Shown: positions 19,483 through 30,526, counted from the first letter of the stretch. The stretch is DNA of 64,000 bases from Thermodesulfobacteriota bacterium (GCA_965200595.1 CBDAUE010000004.1:20796-84795); one strand, 5' to 3'. Notes: generated by a model from the sequence alone, not told the origin. Numbers and translations: made by a program.

Positions 19483-21324
19483 GTGGTTGCATACGGAAGC
19501 TGGCCGTTTTTGATGCAGAATGAAAATACTGATATGAACTGGGACCTGGCTTCTTACTTTCCCGAATTTCAGGGAGTTGAGTATAAAAAATTCAAAGAGA
19601 ATCTTTCAGCAGGGATAAAGAATCTCGATGAGAAGGCATCGGCTTCTGAACCTTTATCCAAGGAAAACTTTGCGTTCTGGAAAGATGTTCTGATTGAAAC
19701 CGAGAGGCTGATAAGCTGGTATTCCCATATTCGTTCTTATGTCGGATGTCTCAGTGCTTCTGATTCCAACAGGGAGGATTATCTGTGCGAGGAAGCGTCG
19801 ATCTCCCTTCTCGGTTCAGATCTTGAAAAGCTTGAGGTTCAGCTGCAGAGAGCGCTTCGGGATGCGGACGAAGATCTGATCTCCGAGTTTGTCTCTTTTC
19901 CGGATATCGCCTCGGCTTCCTATTATGTAAGGCGCGTCTGGAAAAACTCACGGTTCACCATGTCCGCTCCTAAGGAAATTCTGGCCTCGGAACTCGGAGT
20001 CGACGGGATAAGCGCCTGGGGGAGAATCTACGACACCGTATCTTCTAAGATGACGTTTGAGATGGTCTACCCCGACGGGACGAAAAAAAGGCTTCCGATG
20101 TCCCAGAGAAGATCGCTTATGGAAAGTCCGGACAGACAGATAAGAAAAGCCGCTTTTTACGGGGGCAACAAGGCTTGGGAGAATTCTGAAGACGTTGCAG
20201 CGGGTGCCATAAACGCCATATCGGGAACTAGGCACACGCTTTACAGGCACAGGGATATCCCTCATTTTCTCGACGTAGCGCTTTTTGATGCGGCTGTCTC
20301 AAAACAGACTCTGGATTCCATGATGGAGGCAATACGCGAGACGATCGAGCTTCCAAGGAACATCCTCGCTCTCAAGGCCGAGACGCTGGGTCTTGACGGA
20401 ATTTCATGGTACGACCTGGGAGCTCCCATGAATCTTGGCAAAACGGGCGCAGTCGACTGGAGCGGTGCGAAATCCACGGTCTCCGATTCTTTCTCGGCTG
20501 CCTACTCGAGCCTCGGCGGGTTTTTTGATCACATGTGCCGAAGCGAGTGGATAGACTGGGAAGTAAGGGAAGGGAAAAGACCCGGGGGTTTCTGCACGGG
20601 CTCTCTTCTGACCGGAGAGTCAAGGATATTCATGACTTATAACGGCGGGGTAGGAGACATACTTACGCTTGCTCACGAGGCGGGCCATGCCTTTCACTCT
20701 CACGTGATGAGGAAACTTCGTCCCTATGCGCAGTTCTACCCTATGACGCTTGCCGAAACCGCTTCAACTTTCGGGGAAATGCTGCTTGCCGAGGGACTGC
20801 TGCGAGATCCTTCAACGAGCGTTGAGGACAAGGTGATTGTGAGGGATGCGGAAGTAAACCACGGGGCCATATACCTTCTTGACATTCCCGTAAGATACGA
20901 GTTCGAGAGGAAACTCTATGAACGGCGTGCCGAAGGGGAATTGACGGTGAGCGAGCTAAAGGAGCTTATGACCGCGACTCAGAAGGAGATTTTCGGAGAT
21001 GTGCTTTTGGAATGCGACCCGTTTTTCTGGGCTTCAAAGCTTCATTTTTACATAACCGGCGTCAGTTTCTATAATTTCCCCTACACTTTTGGTTACCTGC
21101 TGAGCAGGGCGCTTTTCGAGAAATTCAGGCGGCACGGGGAGGAATTCATTCCGGTTTATGAAGAGTTCCTTTCTCTGACCGGTTCAGATGATGCGGAAGG
21201 GGCGGTGAAAAGATCCGTCGGGGAAGATATAACGAGCAAAGATTTCTGGAAAGAGGCGATTCTTACCCTCTCAAGGCCTCTTGAAGAGCTAAAAGAGCTT
21301 CTGCCCTCGGTTACTGCTACATAA
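19483..21324 (+). CDS. Oligoendopeptidase F, M3 family.
   Basis: HEAGHAFHS zinc-binding HExxH in an M3B-like context. 613 aa. Confidence 0.85.
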   Translation: MVAYGSWPFLMQNENTDMNWDLASYFPEFQGVEYKKFKENLSAGIKNLDEKASASEPLSKENFAFWKDVLIETERLISWYSHIRSYVGCLSASDSNREDYLCEEASISLLGSDLEKLEVQLQRALRDADEDLISEFVSFPDIASASYYVRRVWKNSRFTMSAPKEILASELGVDGISAWGRIYDTVSSKMTFEMVYPDGTKKRLPMSQRRSLMESPDRQIRKAAFYGGNKAWENSEDVAAGAINAISGTRHTLYRHRDIPHFLDVALFDAAVSKQTLDSMMEAIRETIELPRNILALKAETLGLDGISWYDLGAPMNLGKTGAVDWSGAKSTVSDSFSAAYSSLGGFFDHMCRSEWIDWEVREGKRPGGFCTGSLLTGESRIFMTYNGGVGDILTLAHEAGHAFHSHVMRKLRPYAQFYPMTLAETASTFGEMLLAEGLLRDPSTSVEDKVIVRDAEVNHGAIYLLDIPVRYEFERKLYERRAEGELTVSELKELMTATQKEIFGDVLLECDPFFWASKLHFYITGVSFYNFPYTFGYLLSRALFEKFRRHGEEFIPVYEEFLSLTGSDDAEGAVKRSVGEDITSKDFWKEAILTLSRPLEELKELLPSVTAT

Positions 21325-22237
21325 GGTTCCCGATAACTCTCTGCACGGGGGAGAGCGACTTAACCAGTATGTCAACCACTATGCCGAGCATTATGAGAAG
21401 CATGTAGATAATTGAAGCCGAAAATGCTTTTCCGTAGCCTCGGTTGGCAAAAACACTCTTTACCACCAGGTAATTAAAGTATATTCCCGATATCGCGGCG
21501 AAGACTGCGAAATAGACGGTGTTTGTTCCTGCAAGCCAGAGGGTGAAAGTCAGAGGTATAAGGGAGAGGGAGTAGATGAGTATCAGCATGTTGGTGTACT
21601 TTGTGCCCAGGGCGACAGGAAGAACGTTTATCCCGGCTTTTTCATAATCCTTTCTGTATTTCTGCGCGAGAACCCAGAAGTGGGGAGGCTGCCAGAGCAT
21701 CATGAATATGAATACTATCATCGTGTCGAGCTGCAGAACGGGTTTTATGGCTGTGTAGCCTATAAGAACGGGCAGGGCACCGGGTATTCCCCCCAGTACT
21801 GTGCCGAAAGGGGAAGTTCTTTTGAGAAAAAGGGTGTAAATAAGCGTGTAGCTTAGAATTGCCAGGAGAATAAGCACCGTGTTTATGTAATTGAAGTAAG
21901 AAAACGAAATCAGCAAGGCCACTGCCATCATAAGTATCGAAATTATCCATGCGTTTTGATCTCCGAGAACTCTCAGTGCTTCCACCCTTTTGTTAAGGCG
22001 GCTCATCTTTTTGTCGATTTTCCTGTCGAGCAGATTATTGAGAATTGCAGCTCCGCCGGCACTAAGAAGAAGAGAGACAACACATAAAACAACTGTCTGT
22101 AATGAGGGAAGGGCCTGGTTGGCCACCACCATTCCTGCAAGGCCTGTAAATGCTACGCTCGTTATTATTCCGGGCTTGGAGAGAATAACGGCTGAAACCG
22201 CCATGTTTCCCACGGATTTTTTCTGCGTTTCGCTCAT
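21317..22237 (-). CDS. ctaB: Protoheme IX farnesyltransferase (heme O synthase), UbiA family.
   Basis: UbiA prenyltransferase polytopic pattern. It lies next to ctaA and the cox genes. Confidence 0.85.
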   Translation of the reverse strand: MSETQKKSVGNMAVSAVILSKPGIITSVAFTGLAGMVVANQALPSLQTVVLCVVSLLLSAGGAAILNNLLDRKIDKKMSRLNKRVEALRVLGDQNAWIISILMMAVALLISFSYFNYINTVLILLAILSYTLIYTLFLKRTSPFGTVLGGIPGALPVLIGYTAIKPVLQLDTMIVFIFMMLWQPPHFWVLAQKYRKDYEKAGINVLPVALGTKYTNMLILIYSLSLIPLTFTLWLAGTNTVYFAVFAAISGIYFNYLVVKSVFANRGYGKAFSASIIYMLLIMLGIVVDILVKSLSPVQRVIGNLM

Positions 22238-22239
22238 TG

Positions 22240-23109
22240 CTAAGAAGTTTTTTCGGCGACAGCGTCTTTACTTATATACGTAAACCAAGTGAGGAGGCAG
22301 AGGGAAAGTATAAAAAGACCGATTGCGAGATGGACGGCGGTGACGTAAAAAAGAAGCTTTGAAGTTACCACTAAAAATCCAAGTCCGATCTGAAGCAGGA
22401 GCAGGGCTACCGCCCGAGACATGTTTTTTCGGGCTTGTTTGAGTCTTTCGGATCTTCCGGACAGAATCAGCACGAATATGAATGCTATCGTGAGCAGGTA
22501 GGCGACAGCTCTGTGTGTAAAGTGCGCCAGCACTTTGCCTGACAGCTCAGGGGGAATCCAGTAGCCCAGACACGTCGGAAAATCAGGGCAGGCAAGCCCT
22601 GCTCCCAGGTGTCTTACGTAAGCCCCTAGGGAAGCCTGGATAAATACAAGCAGAAAAAGTGCGAAAAAAAGTCCTGCAGGGCCGGAGAAGCGAAGATCGG
22701 GCTTTCTGGTGATGCCATCGAAGTACACCATGTAAAGGGTAATCGAAAAAATTATTATGGCGTTTGAAAAATGGATTGTAGTCAGGTTTACGGGAAGCTT
22801 GGCAAGAACCACTATTCCTCCAAGCACAATCTGAAACAGAAGAAGCACAACCACGAGCAGGGGAAATATTTTGTAGTTTTTTGCGTAAGTTCGGAATCTT
22901 CTGTAGCAGAGGATGAAAAGTATTATGGACGTTATGCCGCCTATTACTCGATGGGAGAATTCGACGTATATATCCCATCTGAAAGGCGGAATTACCTCCC
23001 CGTGGCAAAGAGGCCAGTCCGGACAGGCGAGTCCAGCCTTAAGTCCCGATACAGCATTTCCCCATATAAGAAGTATGAACAGAAGCCCTAGAGCGGTTTT
23101 TGCAAGCAT
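22240..23109 (-). CDS. ctaA: Heme A synthase (CtaA/COX15).
   Basis: Duplicated half-domains, each with a Cys pair in a periplasmic loop (GLACPDWPLC and GLACPDFPTC) and conserved His. Confidence 0.75.
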   Translation of the reverse strand: MLAKTALGLLFILLIWGNAVSGLKAGLACPDWPLCHGEVIPPFRWDIYVEFSHRVIGGITSIILFILCYRRFRTYAKNYKIFPLLVVVLLLFQIVLGGIVVLAKLPVNLTTIHFSNAIIIFSITLYMVYFDGITRKPDLRFSGPAGLFFALFLLVFIQASLGAYVRHLGAGLACPDFPTCLGYWIPPELSGKVLAHFTHRAVAYLLTIAFIFVLILSGRSERLKQARKNMSRAVALLLLQIGLGFLVVTSKLLFYVTAVHLAIGLFILSLCLLTWFTYISKDAVAEKTS

Positions 23110-23124
23110 GCCTGTCGTGTGTGG

Positions 23125-23433
23125 CTACTTTATTACCGGCACCCTCGTAAAGGTTTCCATCAAGGTAAAACCGATTAGCAGGAAAAGCAGAAAAAGAGGA
23201 TACAGGGCATATATCCACGTGAGCTTGTCTTCAAATTTAAGATGCATGAAATAAAGGGCGACAATCGCTGCCTTTATCGACGCTATTAACATGGCGACGA
23301 CGATGTTGAAGTTGCCGAAATCAAATTTTGTTATGTAGACCGTAACTGCAGTCAGGACGAAGAGCGCAAGACATACAGCCACGTATACCCGAATACCGGT
23401 GTGATGTTCCTCAGTGTGATCGTTTGTGCTCAC
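23125..23433 (-). CDS. Cytochrome c oxidase subunit IV (bacterial caa3-type small subunit).
   Basis: A 102-aa three-TM protein directly downstream of subunit III. Confidence 0.55.
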   Translation of the reverse strand: MSTNDHTEEHHTGIRVYVAVCLALFVLTAVTVYITKFDFGNFNIVVAMLIASIKAAIVALYFMHLKFEDKLTWIYALYPLFLLFLLIGFTLMETFTRVPVIK

Positions 23434-23446
23434 TTTATTTCTCCAT

Positions 23447-24064
23447 CTACCCGATTAGATACAACAGCGGGAACAAGTATATCCAGATCAGATCAACCAG
23501 ATGCCAGTAAAGTCCTCCGACCTCAACAGGGGTATATCTGTTTCCTTCTTTAAATCTTCCCTGCTTGGCCATTATTATCAGAGCGAAGATTATACCCATT
23601 CCCAAAAACACATGGATCATGTGAAGTCCGGTCATCATGAAGTAGAGGGCGAAGAATATGTTCGTATCGGGAAATATGCCGTAGTTAAACTTGGCGCTGT
23701 ACTCAAAGTACTTGTTTACCCCGAAAGCCGCTCCGCATATAAAAGTTACGGAAAGCAATATCATCAGCCATTTTCTGTTTCTTTTCTGCGAGGCTAGAAC
23801 TGCCAGAGCCATTGTGAAACTGCTGAATATGAGCACTATGGTGTTTATGGCGCCCAGAGAAATGTCCAGTTTCTTGTGCGATTCATAGAAAAGATCTGGG
23901 TACTTGGCTCTGAAAAGCGCGTACGCCGCGAAGAGTCCCCCGAAAAGAAGAATTTCCGTTCCGAGGAAAAGCCACATACCGAATTTTGCCGCGTTGTGCG
24001 TTACAGTCTCTCCGAGCCCGTGTCCGTGCGCGTGGCTTTCAGCGTGTTCAGCTGTGCTGCTCAT
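23447..24064 (-). CDS. ctaE: Cytochrome c oxidase subunit III.
   Basis: A 205-aa heme-copper oxidase subunit III TM pattern. Confidence 0.85.
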   Translation of the reverse strand: MSSTAEHAESHAHGHGLGETVTHNAAKFGMWLFLGTEILLFGGLFAAYALFRAKYPDLFYESHKKLDISLGAINTIVLIFSSFTMALAVLASQKRNRKWLMILLSVTFICGAAFGVNKYFEYSAKFNYGIFPDTNIFFALYFMMTGLHMIHVFLGMGIIFALIIMAKQGRFKEGNRYTPVEVGGLYWHLVDLIWIYLFPLLYLIG

Positions 24065-24084
24065 TTTTTACGTTAGCCTCCGAT

Positions 24085-25692
24085 CTATTTTTTCCCGTAA
24101 GCGTAAGTCCAGTCAGTTACAGTTGGTATTTCCTTAAAGTTCTCATGTGGGGGCGGAGAAGGAACCTGCCACTCAAGAGAAAGGGAGCCGTAGGGATTTG
24201 AGGATTCGGGTTGCTGTCCTTTTTTCATAAACGGCATAAGCAGATTCACGGTCATTATTAACATTCCAAGCCCGAGTATCCATGATCCGTAGGTTGAAAG
24301 GGCGTGATAGGATACATACTCTTCCGGGTAAGTCGCATATCTTCTGGGCATACCCTGAAAACCCATGAAAAACTGCGGGAAAAACGTTACATTAAATCCT
24401 ACAAAAATCAGAAACCATGCGGCTTTTGCATTCAGTTCGTTAAATACTTTTCCGAACCATTTCTGATACCAGAAGTGAAGGGCTCCGAAAAACCCCATCA
24501 CAGTTCCTCCTATCATCACATAGTGCATGTGAGCTACTATGAAGTATGTGTCGTGCAGATGCACATCAACGGCCAGAGCTCCTAGGTAAACACCGGTCAG
24601 CCCTCCGACTGTGAAAAGCACTATGAATGACAGCGCGTACAGCATGGATGAATGAAACTCTATTGATCCCTTGTACAGAGTTGCGGTCCAGTTAAACACC
24701 TTTACGGCAGTAGGGATGGCCACAAGCATTGTCAGAAATGAGAATATAGCCGCCGCCGTTTCCGATATGCCGCTTACGAACATGTGGTGCAGCCAGACGA
24801 AAAAGCTTATTATTGCTATCGCAAAGCTTGAATATGCGATTGCCTTGTATCCAAAGATAGGTTTTCTTGCGAACACAGGAATTATCTCGGAGATAATTCC
24901 GAAGGCGGGAATAACCATTATGTAGACTGCGGGATGGGAGTAAAACCAGAAGAAATTCTGGAAGAGTATGGGATCTCCTCCTTTTGCCGGATCGAAAAAG
25001 CCTATGTCAAATGCTCTTTCAGCTATCAGAAGAAGAAGCGTGATTCCCACAACCGGGGTCGCCAGCAGCTGCAGTATTGCGGTTGCGTAGGATGCCCAGA
25101 TGAAAAGCGGCAGTCTTGCCCAGGTCATTCCAGGTGCCCGAAGCTTGTGTATAGTCACTATGAAGTTCATTCCTGTGAGAATCGATGAAAAACCGAGAAC
25201 GAAGACTCCCAAGGTTATCAATATCACCTTGGCCCCTGTCTGAATGCTGTAGGGCGTGTAGAAAGTCCAGCCCGTGTCGGCCGGTTGCGCAAGCGCAAAG
25301 AGCAGTATTGCCGTCCCTGCAAGGTATATCCAGAAACTCAGCAGGTTGAGTCTGGGAAACGCCACATCTCTGGCCCCGATCATAAGCGGTATCAGGAAAT
25401 TGCCGAAGCTCGCTGCGATCCCCGGGACTATGAAGAAGAAAACCATCAGGGAACCGTGGAGAGTAAAAGCTACGTTGTACTCCGTTGCGGTTCTGAAAAA
25501 ATCGAGCTCGGGAGTCATAAGCTCGTACCTCATTCCCAGAGCTGTCAGTCCGGCAATCATGAAGAAAAACGAGATCGTAACGAGATAAAGAATCCCGATA
25601 CGTTTGTGATCCGTTGTCAAAATCCACGACTTTAAACCTTTCTGGGCTAAATACGGTATATGCTGGGTTTGCGCCATGCCTCCGTTTGCCAT
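24085..25692 (-). CDS. ctaD: Cytochrome c oxidase subunit I.
   Basis: A 535-aa, 12-TM protein with heme-copper oxidase histidine ligands (WFFGHPEVY-like block HPAVYIMVIPAFG). Confidence 0.95.
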   Translation of the reverse strand: MANGGMAQTQHIPYLAQKGLKSWILTTDHKRIGILYLVTISFFFMIAGLTALGMRYELMTPELDFFRTATEYNVAFTLHGSLMVFFFIVPGIAASFGNFLIPLMIGARDVAFPRLNLLSFWIYLAGTAILLFALAQPADTGWTFYTPYSIQTGAKVILITLGVFVLGFSSILTGMNFIVTIHKLRAPGMTWARLPLFIWASYATAILQLLATPVVGITLLLLIAERAFDIGFFDPAKGGDPILFQNFFWFYSHPAVYIMVIPAFGIISEIIPVFARKPIFGYKAIAYSSFAIAIISFFVWLHHMFVSGISETAAAIFSFLTMLVAIPTAVKVFNWTATLYKGSIEFHSSMLYALSFIVLFTVGGLTGVYLGALAVDVHLHDTYFIVAHMHYVMIGGTVMGFFGALHFWYQKWFGKVFNELNAKAAWFLIFVGFNVTFFPQFFMGFQGMPRRYATYPEEYVSYHALSTYGSWILGLGMLIMTVNLLMPFMKKGQQPESSNPYGSLSLEWQVPSPPPHENFKEIPTVTDWTYAYGKK

Positions 25693-25711
25693 CTTTTTCT
25701 CCTTGATATTG

Positions 25712-26659
25712 CTACTTCAAAGTCTTTATATACTCGATAAGAGCTGTTACTTCATCCTCGGATAATATACCTTTGAACGAGGGCATGGTCGGCGGATACC
25801 CTTTTACCATTTTCGCTTGGGGTTCATAAATTGATTCTCTAAGGTAGTTCTCGTCCACAAGAACAGAGGAACCGTCTGCAAGATCTTCCGTCTTCCCGTA
25901 AAGATTTTTAAAAGTTGGTCCTATGACTTGCTTTCCGTCTATGCTGTGGCACGCGACGCACCCTCTTTGTGAATGCAGGTCTTTTCCTCTCTCCGCTGGC
26001 GATACGCTGACGGCCATCACAGAGGAAGCTTCTTCAAGTTCATCTCCTTTTTCCCATCTTGTGAACGCCTCTGGGCTCAGGACATTTACCTTGGCAAGCA
26101 TTTGCGAGTGTCCGGAACCACAGTATTCCGCGCACAGAAGGTCAAAGGTTCCGACCTTTGTAGGGGTGAACCAAAGCTGCTGATAGGTGCCTGGAAGAAT
26201 ATCCTGTTTTACCCGGAACTGCGGTACGAAAAAACTGTGAATCACATCATCTGATCTCATTATGAGCCTTACGGGTTTGTTCTGCTGGACAAAAAGTTCA
26301 TTCAGCGATTTTTTTCCGGTGAAATACTCAAACTCCCAAAGCCACTGCTTTGCCACGACATTGACTTCAATTGCTTCCGGAGGAGAGTTTCTGAGTTCCT
26401 TAAAGGCTATCCATCCCCATGCGAAGATGACCATAAGCAGTATGGTGGGGATTATGGTCCAGATGGTTTCAATGATTGGGTTGTGAGTTATGTAGGCGGT
26501 TTCCTGGTCCTCGCTCTTCCTCCTGTACTTGATTGAGAAACCTACGAGTACGGCCGAAATCAGTACGAAGAAAAACACTGATATGATCGTTACGAACAGG
26601 GTTATGTTATCAACACTTGCGGCAAGATTTGAAGCCGATTCCGGTATCCAAGTGGACAT
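25712..26659 (-). CDS. ctaC: Cytochrome c oxidase subunit II with a fused C-terminal cytochrome c domain (caa3 type).
   Basis: CuA site CAEYCGSGH. C-terminal CVACHSIDG heme c motif. Confidence 0.9.
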   Translation of the reverse strand: MSTWIPESASNLAASVDNITLFVTIISVFFFVLISAVLVGFSIKYRRKSEDQETAYITHNPIIETIWTIIPTILLMVIFAWGWIAFKELRNSPPEAIEVNVVAKQWLWEFEYFTGKKSLNELFVQQNKPVRLIMRSDDVIHSFFVPQFRVKQDILPGTYQQLWFTPTKVGTFDLLCAEYCGSGHSQMLAKVNVLSPEAFTRWEKGDELEEASSVMAVSVSPAERGKDLHSQRGCVACHSIDGKQVIGPTFKNLYGKTEDLADGSSVLVDENYLRESIYEPQAKMVKGYPPTMPSFKGILSEDEVTALIEYIKTLK

Positions 26660-26682
26660 TTATAATTTACAACCTCCGCAAT

Positions 26683-27501
26683 TTAATGGGTCTTTCTTTC
26701 CCTTCTCCACATCAGACAGAGAAATGCTACGAGAACCGTAAGAGTCACCACTCCTCCCGCCTTGACGACGTTAAGAGCGGCAAGCGCATATCTTTTCCCC
26801 ACAGGGTCGAACTGGTAACAGAACATAAGCACTTTGTTAAGCAGTTCCGAAGAACCTATCTTTCCTTCAGAAGCCTCTATTAGAGATAATCTGAAGTTGC
26901 GGGGATCATACTGAACTCCGTAAAGATATCGCGAAATTATACCATCCGGCGTGATTATGACTATTCCCGAAGGATGAGCGAATTCCTCTCCGTCTTTTTT
27001 GAAACGGAATCCGACTGAATCGGTAAGTCTCAGTATGTTTTCCGAAGTTGCTGTTAGAAAGTGCCAGTCTTCGGCTTCCTCCACTCCTCCCGCAAGCGCT
27101 TTTTCGTATCGTGCGGATTTCTCTGCGATAACGTCCAAGGGCTCTTCCGGGTCAAAGCTTACGGTCAGGACGGTGTAGTCCTTGCCCGGCCTGAAAGTTT
27201 CCAGCTGGTTTACAGCTTCCAGAACTCCATCCGTTCCAAGAAGGCAGAGCCTTGGGCATGTGAAGTAGGCAAGACTCAGAACCACCGGTTTTTTCTGGCT
27301 GAAAAACGAGGAAATCTTCACCATTTCGCCTCTTTCGTCACGAAATTCTGTTTCAAGGTCTATTGAAGACGCAAGTTTCTCATCAAACCCTATTTTTTCT
27401 ACGTCGTTTACGTTAGAAAGCGCCTGAGCGTCTGATGTGAAAAGAGCCGGAACCGTACTTGGCATATACATAACACTTAGAAAAACGATGAACCTCCACA
27501 T
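26683..27501 (-). CDS. SCO1/SenC copper chaperone (thioredoxin-like).
   Basis: YFTCPRLC CxxxC motif. Membrane-anchored. Downstream of the cox genes. Confidence 0.75.
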   Translation of the reverse strand: MWRFIVFLSVMYMPSTVPALFTSDAQALSNVNDVEKIGFDEKLASSIDLETEFRDERGEMVKISSFFSQKKPVVLSLAYFTCPRLCLLGTDGVLEAVNQLETFRPGKDYTVLTVSFDPEEPLDVIAEKSARYEKALAGGVEEAEDWHFLTATSENILRLTDSVGFRFKKDGEEFAHPSGIVIITPDGIISRYLYGVQYDPRNFRLSLIEASEGKIGSSELLNKVLMFCYQFDPVGKRYALAALNVVKAGGVVTLTVLVAFLCLMWRRERKTH

Positions 27502-27669
27502 GAAAAGGAGCCGATTCTGGCTGGTTTTTAAATGAAAATAGCTGTTTTTAGGCTTCGCATGTGAGGAAAATTTTTCCCTTATGCACCCTCAAGTAGGCGT
27601 AGATTCTATCTGATGTTAATTCTCTGTCAAGAATCCGGGGTTCCCCTTATTTGAGTTCTCCAGCTCCGT

Positions 27670-28788
27670 TTATTTGCTTTGCCTCATGCAAAGAACTATA
27701 CCGATTCCGATAAAGGCCGTAAGAGTTGACGAGCCACCGTAACTGATGAAAAAAAGAGGAGTGCCGATGACCGGCATAAGTCCCATTACCATAGCGATAT
27801 TTATCACGGTGTGCCAGAAAAACATGGCCCCGACTCCAAGGCATGTAATCATCGCAAATCGGTCTTCTAGGGATGTTGCGGTATTGAGAATAAGAAGAAT
27901 TATCGAGAAATATAAAAGGAGGACAAACACCGAACCCCGAAATCCCCATTCCTCGGAAATTACCGAGAATGCAAAATCTGTATGATGCGCGGGGAGAAAG
28001 TTCAAGTTGGATTGCGAACCCAGAGAAAAGCCCTTTCCGTAACCCATGCCGGAACCTATAGCAATCTGGGACTGAATGGAGTTATAGCCTATGCCATAAG
28101 GGTCAGAAGAAGTATCCATAAAGGAATATATTCTTTCTTTCTGGTAGTCTTTTATCAGAAGATACCAGACAGGCACGATGGATATCAGCACTACTATAAT
28201 CATTTTAAACAGTGTTTTTTTTCTGATTCCCATAAGCAGGATAATACTTGCCCCCGTGAGAACAATAGTAATCGCGGTTCCCATGTCGGGCTGAGCAATT
28301 ACCGCCATTACAGGAACAAACAGCAAGCCTGCAGGTTTGAGAATTTCCATCAGGTTGTAATTTTTTTTGATGGACACCTCTTTTGCGTAGTAATCAGCAA
28401 GGACCATTATTATTCCTATCTTAATAAATTCTGAAGGCTGAACCGAAACCGGTCCTATCTGGAACCAGCTTCTGGACCCCGATACCGTTTTTCCGAATAC
28501 GAAAATCAACACCAGCAGCACTAGGAAAAACAGGTAGAAGGCAAACGGGAACTTTCTTAGCGTCGAGGGTTTTGGGCTGCCAATAGCTACTAAAGTCAAA
28601 AAACCCGTGAGGACCCATATGAGTTGTTTTTTGAATACACCTAACCCGGTTGGCAAAGAGATGCTGTAGAGATTTATGAGCCCTGCCGAGCAAACCAAAA
28701 CGGTCAACAGCAACAGCCAGAAATATTTACTCAGATTTGGCAATTCGAGCTTCACCTCGCTGTTTTTTGAGCGTGAAATAGGTTTCAA
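27670..28788 (-). CDS. mrdB: Rod-shape-determining SEDS protein RodA.
   Basis: FtsW/RodA family polytopic protein. It immediately follows PBP2. Confidence 0.85.
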   Translation of the reverse strand: MKPISRSKNSEVKLELPNLSKYFWLLLLTVLVCSAGLINLYSISLPTGLGVFKKQLIWVLTGFLTLVAIGSPKPSTLRKFPFAFYLFFLVLLVLIFVFGKTVSGSRSWFQIGPVSVQPSEFIKIGIIMVLADYYAKEVSIKKNYNLMEILKPAGLLFVPVMAVIAQPDMGTAITIVLTGASIILLMGIRKKTLFKMIIVVLISIVPVWYLLIKDYQKERIYSFMDTSSDPYGIGYNSIQSQIAIGSGMGYGKGFSLGSQSNLNFLPAHHTDFAFSVISEEWGFRGSVFVLLLYFSIILLILNTATSLEDRFAMITCLGVGAMFFWHTVINIAMVMGLMPVIGTPLFFISYGGSSTLTAFIGIGIVLCMRQSK

Positions 28789-30526
28789 TGATTTTTTTTG
28801 CTATCGGGGCGGCGGCAATACTTCCCTCCCCCCCGTTTTCAACTAGAACGGTTACAGATATCTCTGCCGAATCCGATGGCGCATAGGATGTGAACCAGGC
28901 GTGGTCTTGGAACCGTTTTTCTGTAGATTTGTTTTCTAGTGATACAACCTGGGCCGTCCCTGTTTTACCTGAGATTGACGTGATCTTTGATCTTGCATAA
29001 ATTCCGGTAGCTCTATCTTCGTTTACAGCGCCGTAAAGTGCTTTTTGGATGAGAGATACTGACTTTTTGTCAAGCCGCCGGGCCGGGTCGGTTGTATTGG
29101 ATAATTCTTCCTCATCTGTCTTTCTTATCTTCGGTTTGAGTATAATGCCTCCGTTTGCTACTGCTGAAGTCATAAGACTTATCTGAAGAGGAGTTGTGGT
29201 AAGGTATCCCTGTCCTATTGCAAGGATTACAGTTTCACCTAGGTACCATGGTTCTTTTAGGTGCTTTTTTTTCCATGCCTTCGATGGGCTCACTCCCCGT
29301 CTTTCAGGCAGCCCTATGCCGGTTTTTTCTCCCAGTCCGAATTTTTTCAGGTAAGGATAGAGACCGTCAACACCAAGCTTCAAGGAAAGTTTGTAAAAAA
29401 ATACGTCACAGGATTCGACTATAGCCCTGTGGATGTTCATATGACCATGACCCTTTTTCCGCCAGCAGTTAAAACGTTTCTTGTTTATCATATAATAACC
29501 CGGGCAGTATACAGACGACTCCGTATTGGCAATTTCTTCCTCTAGAAAAGCATAGGACGTGATTATTTTGAATACTGATCCGGGCGGATAAGTTCCTTGG
29601 GTTGAGCGGTTTAAAAAGGAAAAAGATCCTTTCTTTTTTGCTTTTTCCCCAGCAGACGGCTTGTTCAATGCATGCTCGGGGAGATAAGACGGACGACTTA
29701 CCATTGTCAGAATCTCTCCGCTTCTTACGTCCATCGCTACTATGGCCCCCTTCTGCTCGCCCAAAGCGTCATAGGCGACCTTTTGCAGCTGTGCATCAAT
29801 AGTGAGTTGTATATCCTCTCCATAAACCATTTCCCTGTTATTGCGAGTTGGCAGCAGTGTGTTAACAGAATTTGAGATTGTCTTTCCGTACGCGTTTACC
29901 ATGACGTATTCAAGACCGTTTTTTCCTTTCAATTCGCTGTCAAAGATCTTTTCAATCCCCGATTTCCCGATTATGTCCCCCGCCTTGACCCAGCTGAAGG
30001 TTCTTACTTCCTCTGCGTCGGCGCTTCCCGTATGTCCCAGCAAAACGGCGGCTGCCTCTCCATGTGGATAGAATCTTTTGTACCCAATTTCAAGAAATAC
30101 CCCCTTTAGTGCTTCCTTGTTCCTTTCGACCAGAAGAAGTTCTTCTCTGCTTATGTCCTTGACGATTGTAACGGGATGGAAACTTCTGAGTTTTACTGCT
30201 TTGTCGAGTTCTTTTAGAAGCTCTTGCTCTGGAACGTTTACCACCTCGGCAAGTTGGTTTGCGAGCTTTCCGGCATCTGTTATTTCTCTGGGAAACACCA
30301 GTATGTTAAAAGACGGTTTGTTGTAGAGAATTTTTTCGCCGTTTCTATCGAAAATGCGTCCTCTGGGTGCGGGAAGTTCAAGTTCTCTCAGGATGTTTTC
30401 CTCCGAAAAACTCCTGTATTCCTCGCCTTTGTATATCTGGAGATAAAGCAGCCTTGCTGAGAAGAAGACAAAAAACAGCACAACCAGGTAAGCGGCTATT
30501 GTTAATCTAGGTTTCAGAAATTCCAT
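28727..30526 (-). CDS. mrdA: Penicillin-binding protein 2 (elongasome transpeptidase).
   Basis: A 599-aa protein with a PBP dimerisation domain and a transpeptidase domain (SVFK, SxN, KTG motifs present: GSVFKII, KTGTAQV). Confidence 0.9.
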   Translation of the reverse strand: MEFLKPRLTIAAYLVVLFFVFFSARLLYLQIYKGEEYRSFSEENILRELELPAPRGRIFDRNGEKILYNKPSFNILVFPREITDAGKLANQLAEVVNVPEQELLKELDKAVKLRSFHPVTIVKDISREELLLVERNKEALKGVFLEIGYKRFYPHGEAAAVLLGHTGSADAEEVRTFSWVKAGDIIGKSGIEKIFDSELKGKNGLEYVMVNAYGKTISNSVNTLLPTRNNREMVYGEDIQLTIDAQLQKVAYDALGEQKGAIVAMDVRSGEILTMVSRPSYLPEHALNKPSAGEKAKKKGSFSFLNRSTQGTYPPGSVFKIITSYAFLEEEIANTESSVYCPGYYMINKKRFNCWRKKGHGHMNIHRAIVESCDVFFYKLSLKLGVDGLYPYLKKFGLGEKTGIGLPERRGVSPSKAWKKKHLKEPWYLGETVILAIGQGYLTTTPLQISLMTSAVANGGIILKPKIRKTDEEELSNTTDPARRLDKKSVSLIQKALYGAVNEDRATGIYARSKITSISGKTGTAQVVSLENKSTEKRFQDHAWFTSYAPSDSAEISVTVLVENGGEGSIAAAPIAKKIIETYFTLKKQRGEARIAKSE